NCBI GenBank assembly: GCA_010093815.1
Contig: ML996567.1
Reading direction: 5' to 3' (one strand)
DNA: 64,000 bases
Source of the DNA: Pseudovirgaria hyperparasitica
Taxonomy: Eukaryota
The notes beneath the pieces were generated by a model that had not been told where the DNA came from, did not search any database, and saw only the letters and a program-made list of their open reading frames with translations. The position numbers and the translations under genes were made by a program. Position 1 is the first letter of the stretch; every line of letters begins with the position of its first letter. Below are positions 11,557 to 25,643 of this stretch, piece after piece.

Positions 11557-14500
11557 CGCGTCACTTGACTGGGAGACTTTCTGACTCGTTACTACTCCTT
11601 CACGACCCCTTTAAGTTGTGTCATTACTCCAGTCGCAAACGTTCTCAATATATAGTCACGTACGATGCCTAGCCTACCACATCCTAGAAACTATGCGCCA
11701 AGAGTGCTGTTGTCGTCACATTCAGAAATCGCATTTGAGAGGTAACGACATTCAATATATACTTCGATACCTTCTTGAAGAGGATTGTTCCTGCGAGAGC
11801 TATAACGTCAAGATATCAGCTGACAACCGCAAGCAGACTACTGACCTTAGATTTCTGCCTTCGAAAGCGCTATCAAATGTAGGAGAAATCGTGGCACAAT
11901 CTACTCTGTAGATAAATACTGACTTCTTGTCAGGCGCCTAGTGCGGTAACTTGAGGCTGAGGGTTTCTTAGGGGCTGTGCACCTTGAAGAGCAGAATGCT
12001 ATCCAGGACACACGAGGTTGACACTAGGACACACTCGCATGCCCTCGACACACGCACAAGTATTTTGGCGTGGCGGCTGTTTATCTATAAATGGAATAGC
12101 TTTATCAGGCATCATAACTAAGTCTTCGGAATGAGCTAACTAAAGCTTACCCCACGGCAGCATCATCTCGCCTGCTGTTGATCAGTACAAATCGGCTCGC
12201 TATCACTGGAGCTATCTTCAAAGCAGCCAGTGGCTGCTCTACTAGCTTTTATCGAGCCCGCGCAAGCGATTCTCCCAAGCAGCTGGAGTTGAGCACATGG
12301 TGACCCGATATGTCGGCTCGTCGCCCCCACAGTCATGCTGATTCGGTATATGACTTGACCTCTTCAAGCAATTGTACTTGGCCCACTGTGTATGGGAATC
12401 TATAAGCCCGGGGTCGAAAAGGTAAAATTCGACGGAACACAACCCCATATTATCCAGAATCAGGCCATGCTAATGGCAGATGCAACGAGGCAGACAAGCC
12501 TCGGTGATTGTTTAAATGGCCCCGTTTTACCCAGATTGGCGTCATCAAACTTGTCTGTGCAACCATACAAGTATGGTTGGAAGATAAATGAGTAAGTCGT
12601 TAAGGTGTCTCGGATGTTTGTTACCGTTGCCACAGGGCTTGTAATAGTCAAGTCGCTTCCCTACGGCTACGTGGACAACCAAATGAATAAGAAATGCTCG
12701 GCCGAAGAGTGCACATCTCATCTGGAACCACGGCTCTCCAAGATTTGCGATCGTGAGCCATGACCCGTGGGCATGGTCACCGATTTGCGGCTAGTACTTT
12801 GCAAACCTGTCCTCTGAGTTGTGTGGTTACTAGTAACCCTTTTGCTCCCAGCCTCACCAAGCTCTATTGTGCTCAAGGGCAATGCTTGCTGCCCGGAGCT
12901 ATCTTGAAACATTGATCTGGGATATAGAAATGTAGGCCAGCATTTTCGGACCGTTTACCGTCCCTTGCAATTTATTCAGCAGGACCGGTCGCGATCCATA
13001 ACGGGCGCGCATGAGAAGGGTTTCCTGGGTCATGGCGAGGGAGCCTCCCTCCCGTGCACGCGATTCATTGCACTGCATAAATTCGCGCCCACTCGGCGAC
13101 AATTTGACGCATACAGCTTTCCCTTCTCCTCTAGACAGCACGTAATTATGCCGACTGTGCGTAGAGTGGTCAAACGCATGCGCCAAGAAAGCATCTACCA
13201 CTGATCAGACCAACAACAAGCCTCAGCGGCTTCAGGCCGTTCCAGAATAGGCAAAAATTGCTGCATGGAAGCGCCCCTGATCTACGCGCTTGTTGTATGC
13301 TTGCTGTAGCTTGTCCTGCAAACATTGAGAGTGAATCTGCACTGCCGATTCTAACAACCGGTTCTGGAGCCAGGCGTTAGATAATACGGTTGTGTAACGT
13401 GTTTCACGGACTGTACATATATATCGCAGCAGCAAAGCTCTCTCTATGACCCTCTGCAGTGTGTTCGGGCTTCTGCACAACATACTGTGGAGGATATTAG
13501 AAAGGGGAGTTGTCGGCTTGAGCGAGAAAGGGAGTCATATACAACTGTGCTTCGACCTTGGTAGGGCCGAATCACACACAATACACGTCATGTCGTATCT
13601 TTGGGAGAGGGAAAGAGAGTCTTATAACGTAGAAAGTGATATCTTGTCTTGTGTGAGTCTTACGCATTGCGCGCAGACGATATCGTTGTCATACCTTCTC
13701 TCTCCTGGTAACCTCCTTCATAGCGAAGTCGGGTGGTCTGAGACTCTTACTGCTCGCCGCGCTCGGCGGTCATTCTTTGCTACCATCAGCATGCCATCTG
13801 GTTAACAGAGGTTGGTTTCGAAGTTGATGACCGGCTCCGCTGGTGACGTACACGTAGCGATGCATTGGGCGCGACACAGTCTGTCGCTCTAATCGAACGG
13901 GGCAAAAGTGCCACGCAGATTCCCTGCTCGGACCGTGATTCTCGACCATCTTGAAATCCGAATGAATGGTAAAATGGTAGGTCCTCCGTCTTTACGCACG
14001 GGGCACGCTTGAGCCGCGAGTCCTTCCCGCCTGGCCATGTGCCGTGTTGATGCTCCGAAACGTCAACAGGCCCTGCCTGTACCATGACAGGCACAGGCCT
14101 GCGTCGCGAACACCGGCATCGGCAACCGCGACCGGCAAGCTAACCAGTCGAATCCGATCTCTTTGACATGTCTCCGTGAGAGTCCTCCGGTGGCCGTGCG
14201 GCACAGTCCCGGCGTGATGAATAATCAGAAGTAGGTGTTGCTTGGTACGAAGAAAAGCTGCCAAGTTTCAGTCCAAGGAATACCTGGCATCAAAGTGCAC
14301 GCTCAGATTTCTTATCATCACTCCATACCGTGCTTCTACTCGTTACAGTACTTATATTGATACATTCGGACTTTCATTAGTCAGTCTGTGCCAAGGGCGA
14401 GGCGATGGTGACAGCCGCCGCCGCCAAACCTACGGGTCCTTCCCTCGCTCCTTATTCCTACAACGTTTCCCCCACACGCCGCTCCTCCATCCTTCCCGTG

Positions 14501-17500
14501 AGCGTTCGTTCACAACATAGCCTTTGATCCTCTACAAGAATCATCGAGAGGCGAAGCTGGAGCTAGCTTTACCATCTGCCACAGTGGCTTCAGGCCACAC
14601 CGCGTGGCGGAGTATGATAACAGTTGGTTTCAACTTCCCAATTGTCAAGCGGTTGGTGTATCGTCATCATTTCCTGTCTTAGGCGAAGCACGTTGGGATC
14701 ATAAGCGTAGAAACCAAGCCTCTTTCAACAGATTCTTGCGCCGCAAGCATTTGGGCACGAGCATCTACCAACCACATCAAAGTGGTGGTAGCCAGCCAAT
14801 CAATGTTGCATTGTTTTGACGAAATCAGTCGCACTAAAGTATGAGAAAACCTCGCTACTCGAGGCTTCTCACAGCATCCAGCATTTCTGAAGCCTTTTGA
14901 TCTTTGAAACTGTAGATTTATGCAGCTTTCAACATCGAGCTGTTGCTCATAACATTGCCTAAAGGACAGATAATAGTTGGCAAGAATAGATTGAGGACGA
15001 GACAGGCGGCCCCCCTGTCGAACGGGAGGATCCAGTGTTCCACGTGCGTTGTAAGATCCTTCTCGCCTGTCTGCCCGCCCCAGCACCCAGCCTCATTTGT
15101 TTAATTATGCTAAATTTCAGCTTATCTGATTTTACGCCTTTCGATAAGTGCGGCCACGCCAAGATTCATCTACGCATTAGCATGATGATGGAGGTGCAGA
15201 GTACGTATGTACCTTCGCTTCGCTTCCGCGCATCGCATCGGGAAATTGGTAACAATGGCGCTTGCGTAGACTGAAGATGTGAATACGTAGCCTGGCCTGG
15301 AAGTGCGGCTGTGGGCGGCATACACATAAGCAACATGCATTCCAGACGTCGATTGGATTGATCAGCAACTTCCCGTGTGAGACCCTGACGGGTCCTTGCG
15401 TGGCTTGGCTGGCGCCTTTGCAAAGGGTAGTTTATGCGAAGTGAAGGGGGCCAAGACTTAGACGGAATGCCATTAGCGGTACCCCGAGACTCAATTAAGT
15501 GTTTGTGCGGTCGCTGCTATATTCAGTATTAACGCTGCGACTTCAGACGGGCTCTGGCAGCAATATACACACCAAGACTCCAAGAGCCTCAAATCAACGC
15601 TCAACTTGTATCTCTAGGCCGTGCTTGCGCAGTATCATTCTCATCGAAACAGAGTCGTCCTGACGAATTATGAGTCAAAAGCGCAAAGGACAACCTCGGA
15701 AGATGAAAGCTGCTGAAACATCACAAAACATCCATGCAACCACTTCTCCGAGAGCAAAGTCACAACATCAGCTTCATCTGCTGGACAGTTGAAACCTCAC
15801 CATTCGCTCACAACACACCAACATCACCATTGCACCACCAATCGCAGACCCCAAGCACTACGTATATACTCATTAGGCGAAAAGTACCCCGATCCCCACA
15901 CGAGGGATTCTCAATGCAGCTCATTTAACCATCATTTACCCCTGCATTTCTGCGCCATCTCTCCACGTGCCAACCTGCATCCTTCCCCAGTGCGCGCTCA
16001 GCAGACTAGGGAGTCAGGGAAGCAAAGCCAGGAGATACGTGGACGTGGTCAACTCTTTCCCTGAAGGCGAATCAACAAGTCAAAAAAAAATGCTTGCATG
16101 GCATTGCATGCATGCAAGCCAAGCGAAACATGCGTCGCATTCTCACCCAACCAGCTTTGAGCACCGGCCACCCAACTGTTGACCATCTCAGTATATCTCG
16201 TTTCATAATTTTTTTTTACCAGGCCGCCACTATTCTTAGCTACACATAATGTGCAGAAAGAGGCTTGGCGTTGCACGTTTGCCCATGTGCGGTGTGCGCT
16301 CAAGATAATCAATCTATCTCGCCTCATCCCCACACGCTATGACCGCCCTGTACCTATGAGGTGTTGCAAGTAGGCGTGCGACATGATATCCCTATTTCCC
16401 TCCTATCAATTATTGGTTATAGATAGAATCGTCAAAAAGGCCGAAATATCACAGCAAAAACGAAGACCCCAAATTCCTATAACCACCAACCACGGCCGAA
16501 TTCAGCCCCCCCCCCTTCTTCTAGCTTAGCTAGTTAATTAGTCCATCTTCCGTCATTGCATTTCTCACTGGACTGGTAGCGAGAGATCGGCCTGCAGCTT
16601 CGGGACTGGGCAAAAACGTGGGCATCCCATCTATCTATTGTCTCGGCCGGGGGTGGCTGATGGATCTCCCCTCCCCCTCCCCCCTACCGAGAGGCTTGTG
16701 CGCTGCGTAAAAGCCCTTTTGTCTGTGTGTGTGTAGGCTGCTTGATCGACGTCGCGCGAGTCCGTTTTGAGTAGATGGACAAAGCTCCTTGCACATGGCC
16801 CTAGCGTGATGCTGAGTGCTGCCCTGCCCTGCTTGGCTGTCTGGCTGGCTGCTGAGCTGTACCTATCGTGACAGGGGGGAGATGCGCGGTGCTGGTGCGT
16901 GCGAGTGTCAGACCAGGGAGGGGTGATGGTGCGGCTGGTATGTTGCTTGCATTGATGAAAGGGACTATTTACCGAGCTGCTCGTGGTACTGCTTAACGGT
17001 AAAAGAGTCTCAAATTTGCATGATGAAGTAGATGGACGGGTATGATCTAGTATGAGTGTTTTCATTCTCGTTCAACATACAGAGGGGAGACGGTGTGCTC
17101 GACCCATAGAATACATATGTGGTATGCATCCGCGCTCGCAAGTAACCTCGAAAAACAGAGATATGCAGGAGGACAAATGGGCGCTCAAGTACAGCAAAAA
17201 AACAATGATGCTAGAATGAAAATGACAAAGGGTGACTGCGCTTTCACTTCCTCCTGTACTCAGCAGTGGCTCCTCTTGGTGAGCTCAATGCCACGAGTAC
17301 CAGGCACGATTTTTCCCTTGTTCGACGAAAGCAGAAAATGGTGATGAACGCCGGCCCGTATGCAGTTCCCTTGATGCACAAGTCGCGCTTATTCCCGATT
17401 TTGATAGAGTGTGTGGTGAGTTTCGTGAGATGAGACGCGGCTGATGAAGGTCGGGTGCAACCCCCTTCCCTCCACGTCAGCGTCCGTATTTTAGTGTCGT

Positions 17501-17604
17501 GCTTATTCAGAATCCACCACTCGCCCCAATCACGTTCGTCGTACTCGCAACCCTCGTAAAGACTCAGTTTCGCGTCATCAGCATCATCATCCACAACAAC
17601 AACA

Positions 17605-19122
17605 TCAACTGGCATCCGACGTCCTGCGCGGCTTGCACTTGTCGTTGTTCATATGGCCCTTCATGGCCGTGGTGCGCGTGAATTCGGCACCGCATCGGGG
17701 GCAGTAGCTCTTGCCCGCAGTGCCGCTCTTCTCGCGTTGGTGTCGTAATAGATTGCTGAAGGTGCTGAATTGCCGCCCGTTACAGCCATGCTCCCAGCAT
17801 TGCGGCTTGGGGCGAGAGTTGATAACGCGGACGTTGCGTGAGGCGTCCATGTTGGGCATCGAGGATTCGGGCATGCTGCTTTGCGCATATTGCGGCGAGT
17901 AGGCGGATGCGGAGGCTGAAGATGCGTACATACTGTGTTGTTGGGCGGAGGATGAGGGTGCGATGCCGTATGTGCTGGAATAGTCACCGCTGGTGGTGTA
18001 TGATTGGTGTGGTCTAATGGTTGTCAGCAGTGAATTGTAGGGGGAGAGACCTAATGACTTACGGCGGGTAGGTGGAGTAGCTGAGCTGGCTCACTGGTTG
18101 CGAAGGAAGAGGGTGCACTTGTGAGTAGCTAGGCATTGACGACGGGTTGATGTTAGGGTTCTCTGATTTCAAGGGAGGACTCGTTCGTAGACTCGAACTG
18201 TGATGAGGTTGGTACGGGCTTCGTTGATAAGGTGCGAGCACTTCGCGACCGCCTGAAGCCCGACGGTCGAGGCTTTGCGGACTTGTCAACATGCCAGGAC
18301 TCGGGAAGGATGGAAGGTAACCAGGTGAAGGACCAGACGAAGGAGTAGGTAGCACAGGTTGATTGCTAGAGTGGTGGTGGTTATTCATCATGAAGGCTGT
18401 GGGTGGGGTCAGTTGGGTACAACAACGGTAGCTTTATACGAGCGGCTCAGGCTTACGGGAGGAGTCCAAGTGCGAGCCGTAAGCCGGCTCCAATGGGGCG
18501 AAGTGGTGCGCAACGCCACTCATGTATCCAAGTGTGCTTAGACTATGTTAGAGAATGAGTTGATGACACAAGGGTACAGTGCTCACCTCATATTTTGTGG
18601 AAAGTCGGCTGTTGGTTGTGAAGCCTCAACCTCGAACCTAGGCCCGGGGGAGTGTGTCCAGTTAAACTGGTCTTCGGTCGAGGATGGGGCCTGAAGAGTA
18701 AGATAGGGACTTGGCTCCGAATTCGCACGGAGACCAAAGTGAGTCGGGGTTGGGGTAGAACCAACAGGCTGAGAAGCTGGGTCCTCGTTATGTGTTTGAG
18801 CTGTATTGTGAGGTACCAGTTCAAAGGATTGGGAGTCTAAAGGCCTTTGCACAATGGCTGAAGGGTCCTCGACGATAGTGCTAAGACCCGAGTCTGCTTT
18901 TGGCTGTCGATGTTGTGTAAAGGCCTCAGTGGACTCTTCGGGAAATGGCCAGGTTAAATCCTCGCGCTGCTGTTGTTGGGAAACGCCGCGTGGTGGACGA
19001 AAGCGAGATACTCGCTTCACACGAGTTTGTATTGTAGGCTGAACGGCGATTTGAGGATGTGTTTGAGTTCGAGATCTATTCCGGCGTGAGACTGAAGAAG
19101 TGCGAGAGGGACGATGGGTCAT
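17605..19122 (-). CDS. C2H2 zinc-finger transcription factor, 4 exons (19122-18587, 18542-18457, 18396-18063, 18013-17605), about 454 aa
   Basis: Three canonical introns keep the frame. C-terminal [24 protein letters not shown] and [17 protein letters not shown] fingers. Ser/Pro-rich remainder. Confidence 0.82.
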
Positions 19123-21329
19123 GATTCAACAAAAGGCAGAATCGACACCATTGGGAACCTCAGTGTCGGGAGACTCTTACAGTGGGATAACTCAAAAAGG
19201 AAAAATTTGGTGTCTTTTGTGAACGCCCACCTCGTGCGAGCGGGAAGGGTGGTGGTCTAATAGTAATATGCAACTGCAGTGTTGTGGGCGGTTATGCTTG
19301 CTCGAAACTAAGATAGATTGAGAAGTCTGGCGATTATCTGCGCCTTGCCCAGGGGAACTAAGAGGTCATATAGCAAACCTAATAGCAGTTTACTGCGGAT
19401 GAACATACCAACTGATTTTCACCCCCTCCCGGGACCTTGTATGGGGAGGTCGGTGCCTTGAAGGATGATACCCCTGTAAGCGGCCCTGGAGCAGAGCACG
19501 GGCGGACCGTTATTTTGGCAGCCATGGGACATGTTGCCAAGATGGCTCGGTCCCTTTCCTCGGAGGGATAGACTGGAACTTTTGGTAAATATCGGGGCCA
19601 CGCGAGCTATACCGCTCTCAGTAGTGCCCAGGACGGTACTTCGTTTGCTATGGCCACATTCCCTGGAGGATGAGGATCGTTCTCGAAACATGTAGCCGCA
19701 AGAGTAAACACATTTGCCTTCTACACTCTGCTGTTATTGCTCGTCTCGCGTTCTGGCTATTCTGGTGTTCGTCCGTCAGGACGAGGACAGCTAGATTAGC
19801 GCGTGAGCGGTCGCAGTCATTCTGACCAAAACGATGAGCCTCAGAAATTGGGGGCCACTTTGACGGCATGGCCGCATGCTAAACCCCCCTCTAACTGAGG
19901 GGCGAGAGAACGCTGATTGCAAGAATCGAAAGAGGGATAGTGGTATACAACACCACAAGCGGCTGCTCAGTGGCTTCAAGAACCAACAAACCAAGTATAG
20001 AGCATAAGTCATGGAGACTGTTGGTGGCGCGGGGGGTGATTATAGAGTGTTCTTGGCCCTGTCATGAGCCATACAAGACGGCGGGCCTTGCGAAGGCGGC
20101 TGATGATAGCGATGTGGTCGCAGGGCAACATGTTCTCGTGCTCATGATGTGGCTGTTGTCGAGTGCGGCTGGGGGCTTTTGAAGAAGAGAAAGCGAGGAT
20201 GTGAATGGCTGCATCGGGCATTTGTAAGCGATTGGGCCGTATGAGAAAGACCTCGGGCGAAGTTTGCTTCGGGACACACCAGAACGGCCACGGCGGCTAA
20301 GAGAAGAGCTGGTCTGTGCTTAAAGATCTCGGGGCCACCACGTTTAGTCCCACGTCCCTGTGCATGGCATCGAATGTATGAATCACTGCTACCGCCATGA
20401 ATATGCACACTTACATGCCATCGTAGACCTTTCCCTCTCTTGACCAGATCGCAGTGTTTGATGTGCAATCCCGATTCCCCGTTTTGAGTCTCTCGCCTGC
20501 GCAACGATCATCAGATACGAGCCGCGTAGCCACCCTCGGTATTATGCATCTTGCAATCCCGAATGGATATCTATCTTGGGCTGCTTAAACAGTGAAGACA
20601 AGGGCTGTGGTCGGATATGCGATTACACCGATTTGCCGTCCCTTCTCGAAGCTTCAATCCTTGCCTGTGCTCATATGTTTTGACAGTATGTAATATAGAT
20701 AGGGCTGGAAGGACATAATTCTCTATGCTTAAGCCTGCAACGAGGCTGAGTTCTCATGCCGCCGTTGTACTCGTTAGGAGCTTCATAGTATACTGATCCA
20801 CCACCATTGTCTGGTGTCTGTAACCTTACCCTGACCCAGTCATGCCTTATATCTGACTGTCGTTGTCAGTTTGTGTAACCAGATTCAAATTGAGGGAGTC
20901 CCCTGACATGTTTGACAAGCTGCCACGTCAGAAATTCGCTCGTACGACGCCTCCAAATAAGCATTATGGTAAGCATTGTATCGCTGCACCTACTGCTTGG
21001 TAAGTCTGTAGAATACTGACCTTTCGAGGGCGTTTGAATCCTCACATTGTTACAGTAAGGGGGTGTTTGCCGTCGCGGCTGCGCATTCAATCCTCCACTG
21101 GGGGCGTACATCAATGGAAGCTCACCTGGCCGCCCACAGTCTATGCCAATATGACGGGCCATTGAATGCTTCGCCCTTCCAGCGAAGTTACTAATAACTG
21201 GATTGGGGGCCGTTAAAGAACTTAGCTGCCGCGTCACAGCCGTTCAGATCACAGTTGGACTCAGGGTATTACCATGCATAGAGCTAGCCGAGTGTTATGA
21301 TAGTCATGGCTTTGGCTTTTGTGACGCCA

Positions 21330-21359
21330 GAATAAGCCAAGTGAATAAGCCAAGTGAAT
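21330..21359. repeat. 13-bp direct tandem repeat (GAATAAGCCAAGT x2), each copy with GCCAAG
   Basis: Read directly from the sequence. Confidence 0.8.
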
Positions 21360-23157
21360 GAGTCGTGAAGCCTGTTGGGGTTGCAGCCCGTAGGATAGTC
21401 AACGGTCATCTGCCTCGTAACAGCCATAGTATTATGTGTCTGCCTTGCCTGAACGACATTTTCTATATCGATGGCTAGGTATCTATCTCTAAGGCGTGTT
21501 GTTAGTGTAATTCAGTCCCCATTTGCTCGTCTGTGTGTTCTGTTGATTCCCTCGCCCTTGTGCTGGTACCCAAAGACATGACAGCTCTAGGGGTCTGTCA
21601 GCTCATACCCTGCCTGGTGATGCGAGATACTTGCGAGCTGACCCAACTCTACCAGCTCGTTCGGAAGATAATCGTTCTACTAGTTGTGCAAGACAATGAA
21701 TGAGTAGTTTATTTACATATTGTCCACTACAGCAGCCAGGTTCGTAACTATAGCACGCAGGCAAAGAGTGCTAGGTGGCTATCTTCGAGCAGGCATTAAC
21801 TAAACTTTCGTCACATACTACTGTTGACGGAGGACTTATAGCTGCACTCGATGCCACTGACTCCTCGCGATGTATAGGGGCTATGAGCTTCAGCCTCTGC
21901 ACTCAATAATAGACACCCTTTTGTGGCATTTCCAAACCAAAGGACAACCCCATGGCGCCAGTAAGACCTATAGATAGTGAGACCAAGGCTGGGAGTCATT
22001 TGCCCTCGTTCACTGCCACGTGATCACTCTGCATACACCAACCATGTAGGGGTAGGTTTCCAATCGTCGGTGACTGAGTCGTGGGCGACGCTTTAGCGGC
22101 TTTGGCACCGTTGGATTGGTAAGTGAGCGCCTATCTAGAAGGTTGATCAAACGAAGCCTCAGTACAAGGAAACAGAGGTGGCAGATTACCAATTCGAAGC
22201 CTTGAAGCGGTATACCATTTGGTCTGCATCGTGTTCAGTACTCCGTGAAAGTACTAGCAATATAGCTTGTTCCTTCCGGGGCTTGCTGTAGAAAAGCCAC
22301 AGTATACAGGACTTCGGTAATATTTGCGAAGCACGAAATCGTAATAACGAAAGATCAACCAAAAAGATATCGTTCATGAACCAAAAAAAGATTTCGGCCG
22401 AGACGTACTATGATCAACTGCCCCCAATCTCAATCATAGCTTTGACGGCAGGGAGAGTTCCGTAGACTTCGGGAATCATCCCAATGACTATTTCCAGTAG
22501 GTTTCTACGTTCTGCGAGGGTTTAGTTGGGGGTTGGACTTTATGCGCCGAGCTGTCCAATGGTTCAGTCCCGCCGGATCCTTCGGGGACGTTTGCGCCCC
22601 CATAGTCTACCCAGTAAATAGCATGATCTATAACATCGTCAATCGCGTTGCTGATCTGACGATGGACGTGATTTGTGGGATAACAGTCAGGCTAATAGAC
22701 CAAGGTTGCTTCTTCTCTAACTCGAATTAGGGCCGTTTGCAGAGTGTATCATGTGTATATTTAGGATCATCTAAAGATAGTAGGGGCGTTGGTGTGCACA
22801 TTGACCCAAGGACAGGTGTTGCCTTCACTGTGTGTATTGGGTCACTACTTGAAAGGTTCTCGTAAGCATGGACAAATTTAAATGTTCGCACGTGAAATTC
22901 GCATTTGAACCAGCTTCCGTCAAAGTCACAAGGCAGTGCAGGGTGCATGACTGGGAGGAATTATTGTTAGAATGCGATGAAGGCAATGTTGGAACAAAAG
23001 CATGTGGCCGGGTACAATTGTGGCATTCATGATATGATCCTTCACGATCCGCAGTATTCCTGACTACAGCCTTGAGAACTTTAACCGCATCTTGTCATGT
23101 CTCTTAATTTAGATAGACGAGTAGAAAACTTATTTGTTACATGGCTCTTTTGTTGAC

Positions 23158-25365
23158 TTATGCGGCGATTGCAGCCAAAGCACGCCGGAAGGTTTCAACA
23201 AGCTCGGCTTTCTCTTCAAGTCCGATGCTGAATCGCACAAGATTTGAGTCTACCCCAAGTGAAGCGGCCTGGACTCGTCAGCAATCTGTTACACACATGC
23301 ATGATGAGGACGAAGACTTACCCAATCCAACTCACCATAGTGCGCCAGGATGACATACGGGGAACTGATGTGTCGTTAGTAAAGTAGAGCTTAGGACTGG
23401 ATCGTCACCCAGAGCATGTTTGCATATCTAATTCCAGCAATACTAGCATTGAGACCCATGGAACATATTGACATACCTCAAAGTAAAATTAGTTCCGAGA
23501 CTTGGTCCTTTTGCTGTGTCTAGATGGTCGTAGAAAGCGATCGCATCCTCTGTCGCATAGAATGTTGCTGATAAAAGCCCACCATAGCCACCCTTGGGTA
23601 GACGGCAGCGATCATAGTACTGTCGAGTTTTGCTGTACTTGGGGTAGTTGACTTGCTTGACTAGACAATCTTTAGTATTGGAGGCAGACGGCATTGTTAG
23701 GTTCTTGTATACTTTTGGGATGCTCACGAAGCAAGTCGCAGACAGCTTCGGCATTGCCGTTAATTCTCTCGATACGGGATACAAAATCACGACTATTTCT
23801 CTCCAAGACAATGGCGTCTTCAGACCAAACATTATCCTCATATTCAGTGTCCCACGTCTTCTTGAGCAGGTCGTAATTTTTGCCTTTAGGATTCAGGATA
23901 GCGCTGACTTTGTCAGCGCGCGACTTGAAGACTGGGCTGGCGAATACACTCACCTGCCTCCCATGACATTACAGTCACCACTAAATATCTTTGTAAGACT
24001 GCTGACCACAACATCCGCGAACTGTAGTACATCGACGTTCAAAAAATTGCCAATGGTTTCGTCGACTACCACCATGAAATCGTACTGGTCTGCTAGTCGG
24101 TGGATTCTTTCTAGATCAGGGCACTTTAGAAGCGGATTGCCTGGAAATTCACAGAATAAAGCTAGATATCGTTCGCCGTCTGCAAGCCGCTTTTCCAGAT
24201 TGTCGAGATCCTCTGATTCGCCAAATCCGTAGAATAAGCAGCCAGGACCGAATTTCTCCAGAATCTTCAGCGAATCCACATAGGGAAAGCTGTCTCAGTG
24301 TCAGTCAGAGTCTTCTAGTAACCGCTATGTAGGCCTCACCCGAAGCTTATACTTTTGATCTCTCCTCTGGCAATTCTCATGTTTCGATGTGTATTATATA
24401 TCGCATTCATGCCATTTGGAAAGAGGTACACGTCGTCCTCAGAGAATCCAGTCATCAGTCTTGTCGTCTCATCGTTCTTGGCTAGTATTATGGCCTCAGA
24501 GAGTTCGACATCTGCGGTAAGATTACCAGCAATTCGGCGTTTGACAGCCAGTTTTGCATTCGGGGCAAGTGACATCCCCAAGTGACGTCCAAACCGCTCT
24601 TCTACAAACTGCGTTGAGTCTTGGGTATCTGCTGGATCACTGGTCTCATTCACATCATGTCCATTCGTGTCAGAGGACTGGTCTATCGACATTTTTTTCT
24701 GGTAACGTTTGGGACCCTTGATAGACCGACACATCCCCTCAGCTTTAGCCTTATTGACCATGACTTTCTCATCATACAGTTGATGACAGTACTCTGCCCG
24801 TCGGCTCGAGAGTCCACACCCCGTGTGCTGCCAGAATTGCTTAGCCACGCTGAACTTTTCTTGTGGGTAGAGTACGGCGCTGAATTTCGGGGGCATTTTG
24901 CGATCCGCTAGCTTGTGTTCATAGTCCGGACACAGAACAAAGTCAATTACTTGCACATCATGCAGACTGAGATCTTGAGCTTTCCGAAATAGAAATTCTT
25001 GACATTGTAGAGCGTTGGTATGAGAGGGAAAGAGCATCGCGGTCTGCTGCGGGAGTGCATGGTCTGCTACTATTGTTTCTGCGAGACGAGCAATTGACTT
25101 ATGAATAAAGAATCTACTCAGATTGTTAGAAGGTCTCGCGCGTAACTGCTGGATAGCCAGGTACCTGGGATATCCTGTTTTCATGGCGTCTACAACCCAT
25201 CGCTCGCCTTCTTCATAGCCTACATTCGCACGCCATGTAGGAAGCGAAACACTAACAGCCTATCCGAACGTCAAGTTCATGTCCCGATAACCTCTGTCAA
25301 GCATAGACACTCACATGTGCAGTTAGCGGCGGGATGGTCTCGCCCACTTCAATAGCGACTGCCAT
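23158..25365 (-). CDS. STR2: Cystathionine gamma-synthase (STR2/met-7 type), multi-exon
   Basis: [57 protein letters not shown] lysine motif [29 protein letters not shown]. Exons separated by GT-AG introns. Confidence 0.92.
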
Positions 25366-25459
25366 GTTTATGTATGCAATTGAGGAGCAGTGAAATAAGA
25401 AGAAGTTTCTTTCGTTAAGGTAGGGTATAAGAATATAAGGTACAGGTCTATAGAAGTTG

Positions 25460-25466
25460 TGAGTCA
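25460..25466. promoter_or_regulatory. Gcn4/CpcA-type site TGAGTCA in the short divergent STR2/UTP22 promoter
   Basis: Exact consensus 95 bp upstream of an amino-acid biosynthesis gene. Confidence 0.5.
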
Positions 25467-25643
25467 ATCATGCTGTCCGGATTCGATTTTCAAACGCCGA
25501 GATATTTCGTCAACTCAGAGCTTTGCTCCGAGCTCGGCGGGGGCCTGCGCCACAGCCGACTTCTTTTCCGGCTTGTTGTGGCGCGCCCGCGACAAAATTT
25601 CGTGTCAGTTGCAAGTCGCTACAACACCACGAGCGAATTCGTG

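Noticed and set aside
16090..16140. Palindrome TTGCATGCATGCAA and CATG cluster
   Set aside because: Short low-complexity self-complementary repeat with no associated element.
20820..20840. Telomere-like TAACCT/TACCCT/GACCC run
   Set aside because: Too short and degenerate; neither a TTAGGG tract nor a telomerase template.
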